Positions 9,792 through 24,864 of a DNA stretch of 64,000 nucleotides are shown in pieces. Within the stretch, counting starts at the first letter, position 1. Every line of letters starts with the position of its first letter. A program made the translations under genes and the position numbers. This DNA is from Podarcis bocagei (taxonomy: Eukaryota), in assembly GCA_964188305.1 (NCBI GenBank), contig OZ076888.1. One strand, written 5' to 3'. The notes beneath the pieces were generated by a model. That model was not told where the DNA came from. It ran no database searches and saw only the letters and a program-made list of their open reading frames with translations.

Positions 9792-12072
9792 TTGCAAAGG
9801 AGAACAGCATACTTCAAAAAAAATTGGTCATTAAGACTCCAGCCCTAAATATGCTTATTACAGAATAAGGGGCTTACATATGAGTACGCATGCACATAAT
9901 TGTGCAATAAGTGATATATTAAATTAGTGCTATTTAAAAGCTCAGCCATGACCTAAGTAATTTTTGCTAGACTGTATACAGGAAGCTGTATTATAATGAG
10001 TCAGAGTACTGGTCTACCTAGTTCAGTATTGTCAACACCGACTGACAGAGGCTCTCTATCCAGTGTTCCAGGCAGGAGACCTTCTCAAACTTACTTAGAG
10101 AACCCAGAGACAGAATCCAAGAACTTCTGCATGCAACTCATGTGCTGTTGCCACTGACCTGTGGTGGCAACTGGAATGGGAATTCACTGACCAGCAAAAT
10201 GCTCTGTATATGTTCAAATGTACTTAAAGTAGGGCCAGAGTTACTTCTAAAATTCCTTTTTGCTCTTCGCTAGCGCATTTTGCTTTATCCAGGCCAACAC
10301 CACATTCATGTAATGAATAAGGGCCAAGTAATCTTGCTTCATGTGGGATGAGAGGTGCTGAAAAGTAATTGCCTGCTCTGTGCTTTTCCATTTGTGATAT
10401 TTGAATTCTACCCTTCCAAGTAACTAAGAGCTCAGATGTTGTATTACCTCACTGGTCTGATAGGTCAGGGAAGGAGGAAAAGTCCAGTTTTGGAAGCATG
10501 CTTTTTATATTAGTCAGTGGTGTGTAAAGAAAGTAGACTTGATAGGCTGAGTTATGATGACCCTGCAGGGCTAGGAAAGAATGCTCACAGTCTAAATAGC
10601 TTATTGAGGGCAGAACTCAACCTGTCAGCATGGAATGTAGTCTCTGGCTAGAACTGGCTCCACTTTTGCTCTGGCACTTTGTGTAACTAGCAAGGAAGAA
10701 TGAAGGAGTGATCTTAAAAGATAAGTATTAACCCCACTTTAGCCGGCTTGCCAGGATGGGAGTTTCTGAACATGAAGATGCCACCTGTCTTGAAAATAGT
10801 GTAAAACACAAAATTACTGTTAGATTTTCTCCCCCAGTTGAATGAAAAAGGCTAGGGAGATATGAAGGAAACCTTAAAAAAAAAACCCACTAATCACATA
10901 ATTTTCTCTTCTTACTACTCAACTTTGATTAACTATGAAGATTTTTCTGTAGTAAAAATCCTCCCCACTCCTTTTTACTGCTCCCCCCCACTTCTGCTTA
11001 GTAAGAAGCTTAACCACAAGCCAACAGGCTAAGCCAAACCTTGGCTGAGTTCAGTGGGACAACAGCAAAGCAGCTGCACATTTCTCTCTGGGAGCATGTG
11101 CATCTGCACAGTCCCAAAAAACCAAGCTTGGCTTGCCACGCTGTACAAACCAGGCCTATGGTAATGACTATCTGGATGTTGTAACTGTTATTTATTTATC
11201 TGAATGGGGTGTGTGGGTGGGTGTGGGTATAGATGTGTGTGTGTAAATCATTTTGAGAGGAATGAATGCAGAGTGCTGGATAAGGTTTTTTAAATATATA
11301 ACTGCAGGGCTACATGCCTACTTCACCTACTTTGCTACTTCTAGCCATTTATTATTAGGACCTTCTCAGTCAGTCATGCTTTGTTTCATCGGTCATCACA
11401 GTAAAACCATTTCTAGGTTTTAAAAATTAAAACAAGTCATTAAAAATATAGCCCAGAACACAGATCAAGATTGTGATGGAGCCATAGATTATAATGGGAT
11501 TAATTATTGATAATGCTGTTGTCATGTAGGCCATTCTGCATATTTAATAATGTCTCACATTTAGAACTTTAACCCTATTAAATAGGATATGCCTTGAAAT
11601 TATGGCAAATAAACTATACATAATTAGCTCAAGTTGTTGACAGGATGAAATATTAGCAACCCTGATAATCCAGAAGGCACCCAAAGCAAATTCTGCTTGA
11701 AAAAAATATTTATCCATTTCCTGAATTCTTAATATTATTTTGCAAATTTGAAAGTACAGCAGACAGTAACGTTCAATAAAATCATGTGTCCTTTCTCTGA
11801 TTGGCTAAGGCACCAGTTACTCCCTAATGCGCTGCCTAATTAGTGCCTAAAAGACAGCCCTGTCTGCACTACAACTGCCCACCCAGAGTGATGACAACAG
11901 ATACACTTACACATACAGTGTGAATGGCAAAATCCCAAAAGGGAATTGAGACTTTGTAAGGATTTATGATTTAATGGTCATGTTATACAATCATTTTCTA
12001 TTAAATGAGCTTGGTGTTGGGTGTTCAGTACCTGGCCCTAACTTTATATTAAGGAGTTACCATCTGAGTTAC

Positions 12073-12269
12073 CATTTTTGTGTCTCTCTTTTAATACAGG
12101 CATGCCAGAAGTGGCAAATGGATTGTAGACAGCCAGAGAGGCAGGATGTGATGTGTGCACATTTCAGGCACAGCTTGTCTCCCTCTATCAGACAGTTCAA
12201 AAGTTGAGAAGGTAGGAAAGGGTCAGCTTTGAAAAGAATGGCATTCTCACTATAATGCTCAAACCACAT
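12073..12269 (-). CDS. ARHGEF4: Candidate alternative first exon of ARHGEF4 (MWFEHYSENAILFKADPFLPSQLLNCL..KRETQK)
   Basis: Peptide resembles a short-isoform ARHGEF4 N-terminus as I recall it (..LWVEQYLANAILLKA..); GT donor ATG|GTAACT at 12072-12071. The donor is phase 2, unlike the phase-1 donors of the other upstream exons. Confidence 0.45.
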
Positions 12270-15200
12270 TCATTCATGCAAAAAATCTCTGCAAACTGTC
12301 CTGCGGTTGCTGCTTCTGTCTCCGCCTTTACGTTTCAGCATTCCTGGCTCTACAGCCAAGAGCACCCAAAGACATTCCCTACTTTATCTCCCAACAGGAT
12401 GAGTCTCATGTAATGGTCTCCTTCTGAGCTTTCATCAAATGACAGCTTTACTGCTTGGTGCTGCCCAAAATTTAATTTGTTGTTGTTTTATGTCTTCCCA
12501 CACAATACTGAGATGACCATCCATTTAAAGTGGAGGAAAGAAAATAGTGCTAAAAAGGAAGAGAAAGATAAGGATCAAACAGGCTACTGTGCGGTATATC
12601 TTTTATCTTTGATAAATGCCATGGGAGTTAGCTCACGTATTCAGTATCAGACTGGTGAGGTGTAATTGGGCGCGCCTAGTAACTGCGTAAATTCAAGAAT
12701 GGCAAGGGCATGCTTCCAAATATCATTCCTGGTAAGAAACAATTCCTTTTTAAGGGAACTAGGCCTTTCAAAGAAGTAAGGCTAGATAACAGTACTGGCT
12801 CAAATCCAGCCAAATACATTTTGCTACCTGAGGCAGAGCAGAAGACACACCCTCTCCCCACAGTCCTTGTGGGTGGTACCAAAGCCATTTTAGATAATTT
12901 GGCATGAGATGCAGAAAATCCCACAAGCTCCTCTCCTTATCCACGGCAGCAGCAATGCAACAATAACAATCTGCAGCTTTTGTTCCAAGACACCCCAAAC
13001 CAGCTGCCTCACTCTACCTAACGGCAGGGTCAATCCTGCTCCGTGTATGTCCCTTTACTGCAAAACAAGTAACATCAGAGCTGGAAGCCTTGAGGCCTGC
13101 TGCGTATGGGAGATTCAATTCACTGCTTGAAAGAAGCCCCTCACAAACGCAACATGTGGACAACAGAATCCCACTTTGACAATGGAATGTAGGATGCTGC
13201 CTTAAACTGAATCAGACCAGTAACTTGTTCAATCAGCTCTTACCTTCTTTAAAAAGTTCAGTATGAAAAGATATGGATAACTGCCTCTTGGGTGGTCCCT
13301 ATCTAATTGGAGCAAGGTATCAGAAGCACAGAACTATGACCTGAGCTGAGTCGGTGTTCAGCCACGGTAGTTAATGGTTCAAAAATGTGCCCCTATCAGT
13401 CAGGAAAAAACACCATCTGCTTCAAGTCAGACAATACATTCCCTATGAGGTTATCCTCATGGGACCATGCACCTTTCGCACCTGAGCACACACATGCTAC
13501 ATACATGGAGCCAGATGCTTGTGCATCTAAACAAGAAGGCATATTTATATCAAAGAAAGCATTTTTGTCAGACAAGCTATAGAATCTTCAACATGCTTTC
13601 TCAACAGCTTGCGTTCTCACTAGAAAACTGTTGGCGCTAAAAATGTGTTTTCATGCATATCTGTGCCTTCAGGCAATTAGAGTAAAGGCGTGTGACACAC
13701 CAGTAACCTTAAGATTGCCAGATGTCCAGGACTGGCCTGGACAGTGTAAGAACTGACTCTTATCAGAAACTCAGATAATCTTCCTTATAGGAGCCCCAAA
13801 GCAGCCTCCAAGTCCAGAAAATCCAAGTACATTGCTTATTTTTGGTGTAACTAGCATCTGTTTTTCAAAGGAGATGCATATGGAGCAATGGGTATCAGGA
13901 ATCACACAAGAAACGTACATGGTAGTTTTTATAACACCACAGCAACTATAGAAAAAAGTTTAACATGACCAATTGAAAAGAAAGAAGTGGGGAACACCTG
14001 AAAGCCAAGTTTGTAGATGCTTTGAAAGTCTATTATTTCCCAGAAGGAACAACAAAAAGGGTTTTTTTTGGGGGGGGGCAGGGTTTCCTCTGTACTGCAG
14101 TGTATAATAAAATGTCTTTTGGTTCCAAATAACTACTTTTCGAAAGAAAAAAAACCCCATATATGCTGCTTTAGACTAACAAAATAATTGGTTTAGGTTC
14201 TTCCCCCTTACATTATCTTTCAGGGGAAATGTAGTAATTTCATAATTCATGAAATAAAAACAAAGCTTACATATTTCAAATATCCTTTTCTCAAAGGTTG
14301 CAGTACTAATTACTTCTTGGAACAAATAACAATTTCAGATAAATTGCTTGGAATTGTGGCTCATTTCAGAGCAGTTTACATCTGCTGCAGTCAAAAGTTT
14401 GGAGTTGTGCCAAGACGTACGACAGGCAACCCAATTGTTTCCACCATGTAACTACAAGCCTGGTTGGCATGTCACGTTCGACCACAGTTAAAATGACCTA
14501 CAGTTTCATGTAAACAAGCAGCATGTTAGTGCACACTGCTGAAATCATAGGTGCTTTGCTCCTCCCTTGCTTCTGCTGCACCACTGGGAAACAAGCTTGC
14601 CTGGCTTGTTGTGTCGTCCAAACTCATGTTGTGGTTTGTTTTCGCCAAACAAACCATGAGCGGAAAGCCAAGAGCAAACCTTGGCTGTTTGGAGAGAAAT
14701 AAAGCATGAGCCTTGGTTCGGATGACACAACAAGCCAGACAATTTTCTGACAGTGTAGTGACAATGCTCAGAGAATTTCAGAAGCATGCACCAGCCTGCA
14801 GTTCATTCACAGAAAACCATAGCTTATTTTAATTATGTTATGTTGTGGTTCATTTATGTATCACTTTTGGACTCAGAGGCCCCCCAAGCGGTGAACATCG
14901 TATCACTATAAAGATACAGTATGTACTAAATTGAAACAGTGTAAACTAGCAAAATCAAAATACCTGACAGTGGCATACCTATATACAATGAACTACCTAT
15001 ATATAGTGATTGAGAGCTGTCTCACTCATCACTTCAACTTTCAACTCTGTAGCCACTATTGTTACATCAGGGTGAACAAGCAGATTCAGATATTTTCCGG
15101 TGCCACTTGCCCTCCCACCCCCTCCTTCTTCTTCTGCCACCAAACTAATGTTAATAATAATACTAGCCTCTAATATCACCTACCAATCAAACTAGACATC

Positions 15201-16797
15201 TGTTCACGAGCTGCATTTATGCTCTCACCACAGACACAGCTCCCCAGCATTCCATCTCTCACTTGGAATCCAGGTTAATTCACATTCCCCTCACCCACTG
15301 CTCCAGTCTCTCACCCAGGAGCATGGTTTAATGTGATGCACAAGTCAGGTCTATGACAGTAACTGACAACCCAGCTGTGCTAAAGTATTAGTATTTAAGC
15401 TTGTTGGCACCCACTGGCTTTGAAAGCTGTGGCTCTGAATGTTAGGAGGATTTTCAGAATTGCTGCACTCCTTGGCTTTTGGGCTAACACCAAGTGTAGT
15501 GTGCAGAATCTCTTCCTGTCATTAATTGTGATGGGCCTGAGAACCTTGACCCAGATAATTTTTTCCTATGAATAATTGAATTCCATTGTCTGGAAGAAAC
15601 CAACAGAAGCAACCTTTGAATCACGAATTAGCCTCAGTAAAAGGAAGAAAGTTCAGTAATATTAGACTGTGAAGCTCATCTTCATGTCTACAAATAAATC
15701 CTAAATCATCCTGACACAGTTTACACAAATGACCGGACACTGTAATTTGTAAATGCTTTCAGAATGGCTGGCCTCTCGAATTAGACGACAAGATCAGAAT
15801 GTAAAGGCTCCCTAAATTCCTGCCACAAAAGGAATAGCAGACAAGCACTCTTATTGCCTTTAAATCAAAAGCCTCCAGAATCTCTAATGAAATGCTGCGT
15901 CTGCCATATGGCGACCCAATCTTGCTGACCTCAGTCTTGTAAGACCCCCACCAGCATTAATTTAGCAAGTAAATGTCAATGCTCCACAAAATGGTTTCTG
16001 GTTGAACGTATGCGGTGGTGCAGGGACATAAACTGAGATTGCATCTGAAGTTATTGTGTGGTGATGCTGTTTCCTTAGGATAATAACCCTGGTTCAAGTG
16101 TTAAAAGGGCTCTAGCAATGCAGGGCAGAACTCACTGTTCCCGCCTCCTCAGTTACATTGCTGTTACTCACTTCTGCCACTTTTCACTTATTGGAGAGCA
16201 AATATCTGCAGTGGGAAGCCTGCTGAACATGGATAGGCTCCCCGCACATTTTAGAACTTTGATTATGCAGGGCTCTAAATCACATGGGGAGCATCCACCA
16301 TTACGACAGACTTCCCACTGTACGCATTTGCTCTCCAGTGTGCAGAGGGCAATGGAGATGTGATGGAGAGGGTGGAACCAGTGAGCCAACAGGGCATGAA
16401 CTGGTTCCTCACATAATTCTAATCAGTATCTTTTTATCAGTGCTCTCAAATTAGTCAAGCTGACTTTGTGGCTGGTGTGACTAACATTATTTACATGTGG
16501 CTATTCCCCACTATATCAGGAAATTGTTAACGGAGAGAAAACAGATATGAGTAGACAGAGTCTCCTATATTTTGTTGTATTTAACTGCATATGTTAATTA
16601 AAAAAATGACTCCTGCGCAACCTTAGAGACTGGGAGTGGTACTGGACTAATTTTAACTTGAAATTAATGAACATGGCTAAATTAGATGCATTAATTTCAA
16701 TAGGTCTCATCTGGGTAAAGATTGAGGTCTACCTCATTTTCCTCTTTCCTCATTGCTTACATCCCTCTACACCTTCCAATGTATATACCTTCCAATG

Positions 16798-16971
16798 CAG
16801 TGGTTCTTTTCTTTAAAAATGTTTAGGGGTACTCTCATTTTGACTCAAGAAAATTACCATTTTATAGTTCAAATTGGGGGAAATTAATACAGTAAATGGA
16901 CAAAAGTACCAAGTTTCACAAAATGTTTAGGGGTATGCATACCCCTGCATCCCCCCCAGAAAAAAGCATTG
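16798..16971. mobile_element. hAT MITE
   Basis: 8-bp TSD TTCCAATG (16790-16797 / 16972-16979); imperfect TIR cagtggttctttt / aaaaaagcattg. Confidence 0.8.
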
Positions 16972-17379
16972 TTCCAATGTACAAACTCACAATAATTCTT
17001 GATGCTTTGCTTCAAACCCTTTTAGGATGAAAGTTATTACGCATACAAATAGACCTGAGGTGACTGCTGATCTTACAAAAACCAAATAGATCTGCAAACC
17101 AGGGGAAAGTATTACTAATCCCTTCTGCAGTTCTTAAGAAGAAGAGGTCGGGGGGGGGGCTCTCTCCCATGTGAATGGTTGCATGTTCCTCAAACATAGC
17201 CTATAACTTGCACTTCCTCCCCACAAGTTGCTAATGGTACCTTGCTTTGTTGCTTCATGCCACAAAATGGTTCAGAAGGAGCTGGTGGACGTACAAACAG
17301 ATCAACAGGTATGTAGGGCAGACATTATTACAGAAGGCTATATTTATAGAAGACTTCAGGTGTTCACAGTAGTTCACAT

Positions 17380-17687
17380 AAAGGCGCCTGTGAGAACACA
17401 TGAAGCTAGGTCTGCCCCCAGATGACTTCACATATGACAGCAATGCTCCCATGCTGATGTACAGTCAGTTCAGTCTGAATGGGGCCTGGTCACCATACAA
17501 AGAATTTCCACCATAGAGATGGGAAACTTGATTTGCGAGGATTCCCATCTTTACGCTGAAAACCCTTCATGCATTATACAGGTCTCTTCAGATTCAGTCA
17601 ACCACGTGTTGGTTCAGGAGAATTGCCAGAAGACATGATGTCAAAAAGGGAAGAAACTAGCTTTATGTGTTCTCACAAGTGCCTTAG
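17380..17687. mobile_element. Putative MITE bounded by ~29-bp inverted repeats
   Basis: aaggcgcctgtgagaacacatgaagctag (~17380-17409) versus ctagctttatgtgttctcacaagtgcctt (~17657-17687). Confidence 0.5.
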
Positions 17688-19583
17688 CATGTTCTGCAAT
17701 GGGCCCCTGGAGAGTCCTTAATGTTGGATTTACAGGAAAGAACCTGTCCTTTTGTGTTCAGAATGCAAGGCATCACTTTGTCTCCATGACATCACACAGA
17801 CAAGGGGTGTTTAAATAACACCACTTCCTACAGATGCTTCCACAAGAACAAAGATAACCTGCTGAGCTAAATTCTGAAATTTAGGAATCTCTCTTCAACC
17901 AGGAATCCTCTTGGCTTCTGATTTTTATTATCTGGTTACACTGTCAGATGTCATACATGGCTCCCTATGCCAGAGCCAAGAAATGACTTGTGAAGTAACT
18001 TGTGTTTATTTTCTGTTGTATAAAATAATAAACTGTCTCAATTCTTCTTTCAGCACCTTCCCCTCGCCTCCTTAAAATTTACATCTTGCCTGTGGAGGCT
18101 GCAGAGTTTCCTTATGTTACTGCTAAATAACCCAAAAGCAGTGGAACTCCCCACTTTATCATTTAAAAGGCTCATATGTTTAAGGATTAAACACTGTTCT
18201 CTGATGAATGATTAAAATGATCTATTATTGCCTCAAAGTTGGATTTCTAAAGTAAAAGTATAGACCTTTGAAAGAATTATCTGCTTGCTGCCTTACTCAG
18301 AAAATCTCAAGATAATATCAGATAATTTTCTCACAAGTTTCCTTCCATGAGTCCTAAATGCATATATGAGAAATCAACATATTACTATGCTTAGATGAAG
18401 ATATGCTTATTTGCCAAAAATAATTCAGATTCTGCACCAATAAGAACATAGTTCTTCATTAAAATTCTAAGCCTAAGCCTTAGATGTGCCAGTGCATAAT
18501 AAATTTTGGTGTAATCCTATGCACACTTACTTGGAAGTAAGCCTTGCTAAACAAAGTGGAACTTACTTCTGAGTAAATATGATGAGGAACAGCAGCATAA
18601 TCAGAAACACCAGTGACTCGGCCATCATAGTATCGAGGGTCTGCCTTCTAACACTTGTGGCATATTGTCAATCCCAGCATGTTATTTAAAAAAATGTTAA
18701 TGCTTATTTAATATACATTTTATTTAATGCATATGGGATAATATTACTCCCATACTTCACAGGTTTGTGGAGATAATATATGCTAAGTTCTCTGAACACT
18801 AAATTTGTTTTAAAAAAGAAGATCAATGTGTATTGTTTGTCTCACATAGCGAGGACATAAACACTTAATTACAACTTCCCCTTATTCCCACTTCCCCTTA
18901 TTCCCATTTGCAAATTCCGCATGAATTCTTGACTTGGTGCCTCTTTCCCTCCTAAACAGTATGGGTATTTTATCTTGCTTTTGAACAGCAAATGTATTCT
19001 GTTTCACAATAAAAAGTCTATAACATAATAAGAATTAAATATTTGAGACTCTCAGAAATGGGTGCCCAGATGCAACCCTCTAGCAAACATCCTAGATGTT
19101 GGCAACATAAAGCACATACGTTGGCAGCATAAAGCACTGTTGATATATCATTTCCCAATTAAATATATTTGAAGTTTGTAAGGGGTCGTCCGCGACACAC
19201 ATTTGGAATATGCACAGCTCTGTCTGCAACATTGCTCTGTACTTTAATTCCTCAGCTCATTATCATTCTTCATTCACTTTCCACAGTCCATTGTGCTGAC
19301 TTTCTCCAAGAAGGCTTTGAAGTGTTGAAATTTAGAGAAATTCGGTTAATGGACTGATCATTTTCTGCTGATTGATTGTTACAAGTATTGGCTGACAATC
19401 CTATCCAGCCATTGGAAAGTCTATTATATTCTTCAGATTTCTCTATGTCAATTTTTACTATACAAAAGTCCACCTCGGGGCATTACAGGCTGATTTATTA
19501 CATTTGTAAATGTCTTACTTTGTAAATGAATATAAGGCTGCTGGAAAACCGAGTGTCAACAGGTGATATGAACTGAGGACAAC

Positions 19584-19585
<2 letters not shown>

Positions 19586-19614
<29 letters not shown>
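19586..19614. repeat. (CA)n microsatellite
   Basis: Direct reading. Confidence 0.95.
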
Positions 19615-19615
<1 letters not shown>

Positions 19616-20791
19616 TCACAGATCCCAATCTAGATTTGGGGCCATGCATGTGCAATTTGCATTGAGAGTGGTAACTTCCATTCACTTTAATGGGGGCTTC
19701 CCCCCCAGATAGATACAAACTGTAGACATGGTGGGTCCAATCCAGATAGAGACTATAGTGGTGGGGGGGCAAAGAGTTAAAGCTCACTATGCTCACTATG
19801 TTAAGCTCCTCAACAGGACTAGGGGACCTGTGCTGGGAAAATGTGTATAAAAAACAAGTTCTCCACATTTAAAGGGTCAGCTATGTAGCTAAAGTAACTA
19901 ACATGTGGTTTGGTCCCAATTCCCTTACTGTGCCACAAATTATGGCACTACCAACCCAAGTTTATGATGGAATATGAAAAACTAAGTTTAGAGGGCTTTC
20001 ATATTAACTTTAAAAGATCTTTAGAAAGATAAAAGAGAGCAATGATGCACCAGAACTCTATACAGAGCTTCAGGTCTGAAAATCTTTGTTTAGATGTTTT
20101 TGACCACATTTTGGATGCTAGTTAATAATTAACTACACCTAGTGGAAATGTCACACTGAAGTGTGGCTGCTTAATTATTACAAAATGGAGCAAACCTCAC
20201 TGCATCATTCGAATCCCTCACCATGACATCAAGCCATATTGATGTAACTATGTCAATGCAATCATTTCCATGACAACAGACTAGCATGTTCCAAATATAG
20301 ATGTGTAAAAACTTCAGCAGAGGAAAAGAAGGTAGAGATAAATAAGAAAGATGCATAAGATTTCCAGATACAGATAGCAAAAAACATAAACATCATGAAC
20401 AAGCACTATACTACAAATTTATGCCTTCAAAATCTTTGCAAGGTGACTTACTCTGTCTCTTAACATTAAAGGCACAATGGAGTTTAACCCATATTTGGCA
20501 ATGGGAGTTCTATTACCATGTTTGAGAACTATAAATAAATTGCATTCAAACCCAAATAACTCTTTAGTTCAGTTAGCTCTCATTTTTTAATATAAAGTTC
20601 TGCAGGCTATTATGGAAGCACAACCACCAGTGTTTGTTCAAGCAAAGCCAGTACTTTCAGAGGAAGCTTCCCAACTGGAGCGCCAGCTCAAAGTCTAAGA
20701 AATTGGCTCATTATTAAACAATGGTTTCTGTTCTCCCAAACCGGATGTCCTTGGACTACACCTACCATCATTTCTGTTTACTGGCTGTGTT

Positions 20792-21014
20792 CAGTGGCGG
20801 AGGAAGAGGAGTGCGGGGGGAGCGCACTGCCCCTGGCAGCGCAATCCCGGTGGGGTGCCATCGCGGCTGCCCCCCCACCCACGCTGGGAGCCACGCCCCT
20901 GCAGGCGGTGTGCCATGCCCCCGTGGGAGACGCGCCACACCCCCAGGACACGCACCAGCCCTGCCCCTGCCTGCTCTCTGCCCCCAGGTGCTGGAGCATG
21001 AAGCTCTGCCACCG
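20792..21014. mobile_element. GC-rich hAT MITE nested in an older palindromic MITE
   Basis: 8-bp TSD GCTGTGTT (20784-20791 / 21015-21022); TIR cagtggcggag / ctctgccaccg. Confidence 0.8.
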
Positions 21015-22345
21015 GCTGTGTTAACTGGTTTTGATGGGAATTGTAGTCCAAAACATCCAAAGGGTACCAGGTTGGAAAGGCTGTATTAGCATATCACATT
21101 TTTTATTATGTGGTTCCAAGTAGCTCTCTTTTTTCTTCACTGAAGGACCTACTACCCTATCTATTGAACCACTCCCTAAATTTGTAGGTCAGAACCCAGT
21201 GGTAAACTTCTGCATTGATTTGAGTTCCCTATATGGCCACTTTAGTGAAATTATGATGCTTTTTTGTTCACAGATGAAGACCCTCCACTCTCCCCATGCA
21301 TCAGACATGTGGCATGTTGTGTGGGCTTCTGCTACAGTCAGATTTTGAACAGTAAGTGGCTGGTCATGGTTGACTGTGGCTACTGAATTAGTTTATTTAC
21401 AGAGTTATTGTCTGTATATATCACAGTTGCTGTGTTTTTGTATTTTGATTCCTTGGACCTGATTATTTCACATTCATATATTTCATGTTTGTATATTTGT
21501 GAAATTGTCACAATTTACTTGCGTTTACTTTCTTTTTTGTGGCGGAAATAATAGTCTAAGAAAAGAGGGGCAGGGAGATTTTCAAAATGCACACCAGGCA
21601 CGGAAATGAAAGCAAGCAAATCAGTGACCCTCCTGCCTCATTATATTTGCAAATGAAATTATTTTCCAAGTTGAGTGTCCCTTTTTGCATATGTGGGTGG
21701 TGGTGACACAAGGCTGGACCAGAGTCTGCTAAAGAGATTGCTCAACTAGCCTTTGCTTTGGGGAAGGGTCTACTGCTGGGCCAAACATGTGTACACCCTT
21801 TGTGCCCTGCATGCCTGATCACAACAAAAGATGCTATTGATGATGAAAGCTGCTGCTTAAAATTGAATTTTCTAGGAGCTTATGCATAAGAATGCCCTTT
21901 GATATGGTTTGGATTGTAATAAATTACTTCAGTAGCGTGCAGTAAGAAAACAATGCATGGTTGTGTTTAATAAGATTACTGTAGTTTTATTTGTGTTATG
22001 TGCTGTGAACAGAGAGGAAAATATGATTCGTGTATTTCTAGCCCTGGATTTGGCTTAGTTTTAGGCAGCTTGGGACATGCATTTTCAATGGTGCCGTTAT
22101 TTTTATGCATAAAACTCTGGTAGAGAGGCTGTATGTAGCCTTTCTACCACATTGGCTGCCAGCTAGTTTTTGGGCCCAATTCAGTGCTGGTTTTGACCTA
22201 TAAAGCTCTAAACAGCTTAGGACCACAGTGCCTCAAGGACTGCCTCTTCCCATATGAACTGACCCAGACCCTACAATCATCACCCTTCTTTGTGTGCCTC
22301 CTCCATGAGAGGTCCAGAGCGTGGCAACTCAAGTGTGGGCTTTTT

Positions 22346-22761
22346 CTATGCCCAAAACTGGAAAGAGGAATGGCTCCAAAAAGAGATGATTGGCAACTAA
22401 AACTGATGAAATACACAGAGATGGCAAAACTCACCAGAAGATTAAGAGATCAAGATGAGAGACTTTTTTTAACAGAATGGGGTTGGGGTTTTTTTTAATA
22501 TATGAAAACAAATTGTAAACAATTAAAAAGGTTAGTAGGATTGACAAAAACACAAACAGTAATAAATTTAGAGGAATTACAAAGGATAAATTTGTAAAAA
22601 GGATAAACTTGGATATGCAGTAAGAATACAATAGAAAAAGAAGAAACCGCAGAAGGGGAGGGAGGGAAGTCGCATAAAATATTATATGATTTGTGTACAT
22701 TTATATTCATTGTTGAAGGATGGAAAATGGGAAAACTGAATTTTATTTTATTTTTTTAAAA
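22346..22761 (+). mobile_element. L1 LINE 3' fragment inserted into an older L2 fragment (~22130-22990)
   Basis: Lizard-type L1 ORF2 C-terminus ..PKRDDWQLKLMKYTEMAKLT..FLTEW; flanking duplication gtgggctttt..ct; host L2 shows the cattggctgcc..gtgctggttttgacctataaagc motif. Confidence 0.7.
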
Positions 22762-24864
22762 AGTGGGCTTTTCTGTGGTGGCTCCCCACCTGTGGGGCGC
22801 TCTCCCCAGGAAGGCTCACTCGGAGCCTTCATTACGTATATTTAGGCACCAGGCAAAAACATTCCTCTTATCCCATGCCTTTGGCTAATTAAACAATCTT
22901 TGGACTTTTAAACTGGGGGGTATTGTTTATTATTATTGTTGTTGTTGCTGCTGTTGTTGTTGTTATGCTATATATTTTTGTGTTTTTATACAAGCAGCGA
23001 CCATTTTAGGTGTTAAATTGACACACAATCACTGGTGTGTGGGTCCTTTTGGACCAGGAAGAAGGCAGAACAGGAGCAGGATGGATGGAAGAACATGGGT
23101 AGGGCAAGGCAGAATGGGGCAGGGCATGCTAATACACATTCTGTTGACATGTGGGAGGGGGGGAATGGAATCCCCAAGCAAAATGGATAGTTAAATTATT
23201 ATTAACTATCATTAATAATAATAGTTATTATTTTTGGTAGTGCCTATCCATATGCAATATTTCTATCTGACATGTATTTTCAGCAAACCTTTCTTGCTTA
23301 GTTTTCAAATGCTAGCAACTCTATATTCCCACAGTGAAGTCTCTGACCCTTTAATTTCATTCAGTTTCAGGACTGGTGGCTCTGCATTTATCTCACAATT
23401 CAATGCACCTTGATATAAGCTGTTGCACGTAAAGATCAAAGCTAATTTACCACAACAGAAAGAGCCCAGTTATTTTAAAGAGAGAGAAGGAATTAATAAC
23501 ACCCTTTAATGATCTAGAAAATTATTGTGCGCTTTCTCACCTGGAGTCACAAACGAAACGCAAGGGAAAAAGGAGATTAAGAAATTCATCAGAGTAATTT
23601 GTGATGATGAAAATGATGAATCCCACTGATGCCTTCTAACTCGCAATATGTCAATTCAAGCATGAAATACAATGTCTGCACTGGTATATGCTTTGGAGCA
23701 CCTACGGATTTATTTTTGCTCTTGAAAAGGTGCCAAATGCTTCTTTCATCCTTTCTCTGTTGCATTTTGCTTCTTCTGAAGGCATGACCCAAAGACACAA
23801 GGTCAATTAAATCATACACAGCAGTCCATGGACAAGGTCCATATATTAGTACTTCAAGGTAAGTTTCCAGATAAAAGCATCTTAAAAAGGAAAACCTCAC
23901 AGACTAAACAAGAAAGATGCTAACCATCAATTCTGTTATCAATTCTGCAATGCAAAAAAATGCAGCCTTGGAAATGATAAGCTAATTACAAGGAATGATA
24001 AACCACTGCTAGCTGTTTTCATGAAAGGAACCAGCATATTAGTCCCTTGTTTTGCTACCCAGAGATTCTTATCATCTGTTGACTGCTAGAAGGTCCTCAA
24101 TCCCCTCTGTGACTATAAAAGCTAGGAAAGATGATAACCTGCAATATATATGCTATTTTTCACAGATGAACCTGAAGAATTTTCAGGGTGTTGCATAGAA
24201 AGAACAGAAGTGAAGTTATACTAAGAGCCCTGAAGTTGACCAAGCACTGAGCCACGACACCCACTATAAAGGGAATGGGGGGGGGTGTCAAAGAAACAAG
24301 AGCACTAGCCAATAGCCTGTGGCTATCCAGATGGCATATGGATTACAACTCAAAGAATCCTTGAGCATTGGCTATGCTGGTTGGAGCTGATGGAAGTAAT
24401 AAACCAACATCTACAGGCTGCAGGTTCCCCACCCCTGATTTATAGCGTATCAAAAGTCAACCACTCTCATTTGCCACCGAAAACTTAGTGTTGACACAAA
24501 CCCATTTCATTCACTGTCATATCTCTAGCTAGGATAGATCCTGATGTTCCATGGATGAGGAGGAAAAGCCCAAGATCTCATGCTAGTTAAAGCTTTCCTG
24601 ACTTCTGTGGGTTACAACCATGACACTAAAGTAATATTTTTTTAATGTATCAAGTCATAAATGTATCTGTCTTTACACTAGGCTCTGCAACTCTACAACT
24701 GTACATCTTCATCTGATTCTCTGCCTAAATTAATTAAATGACAATTTTAACCACAAGTTCTTGTACCCCAAACAGCCTTGTTCTACCTGAATAAACTCTG
24801 CAATGACACCTTCATGAATGAGCATGAATAATTTAGTCAGATTTCCTATTTCACTTGATTCTGA

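Noticed and set aside
19150-19570. Coding-looking stretch with ORFs on both strands
   Set aside because: No recognisable protein motif or splice structure; may be a conserved non-coding element but this cannot be shown from the sequence alone.
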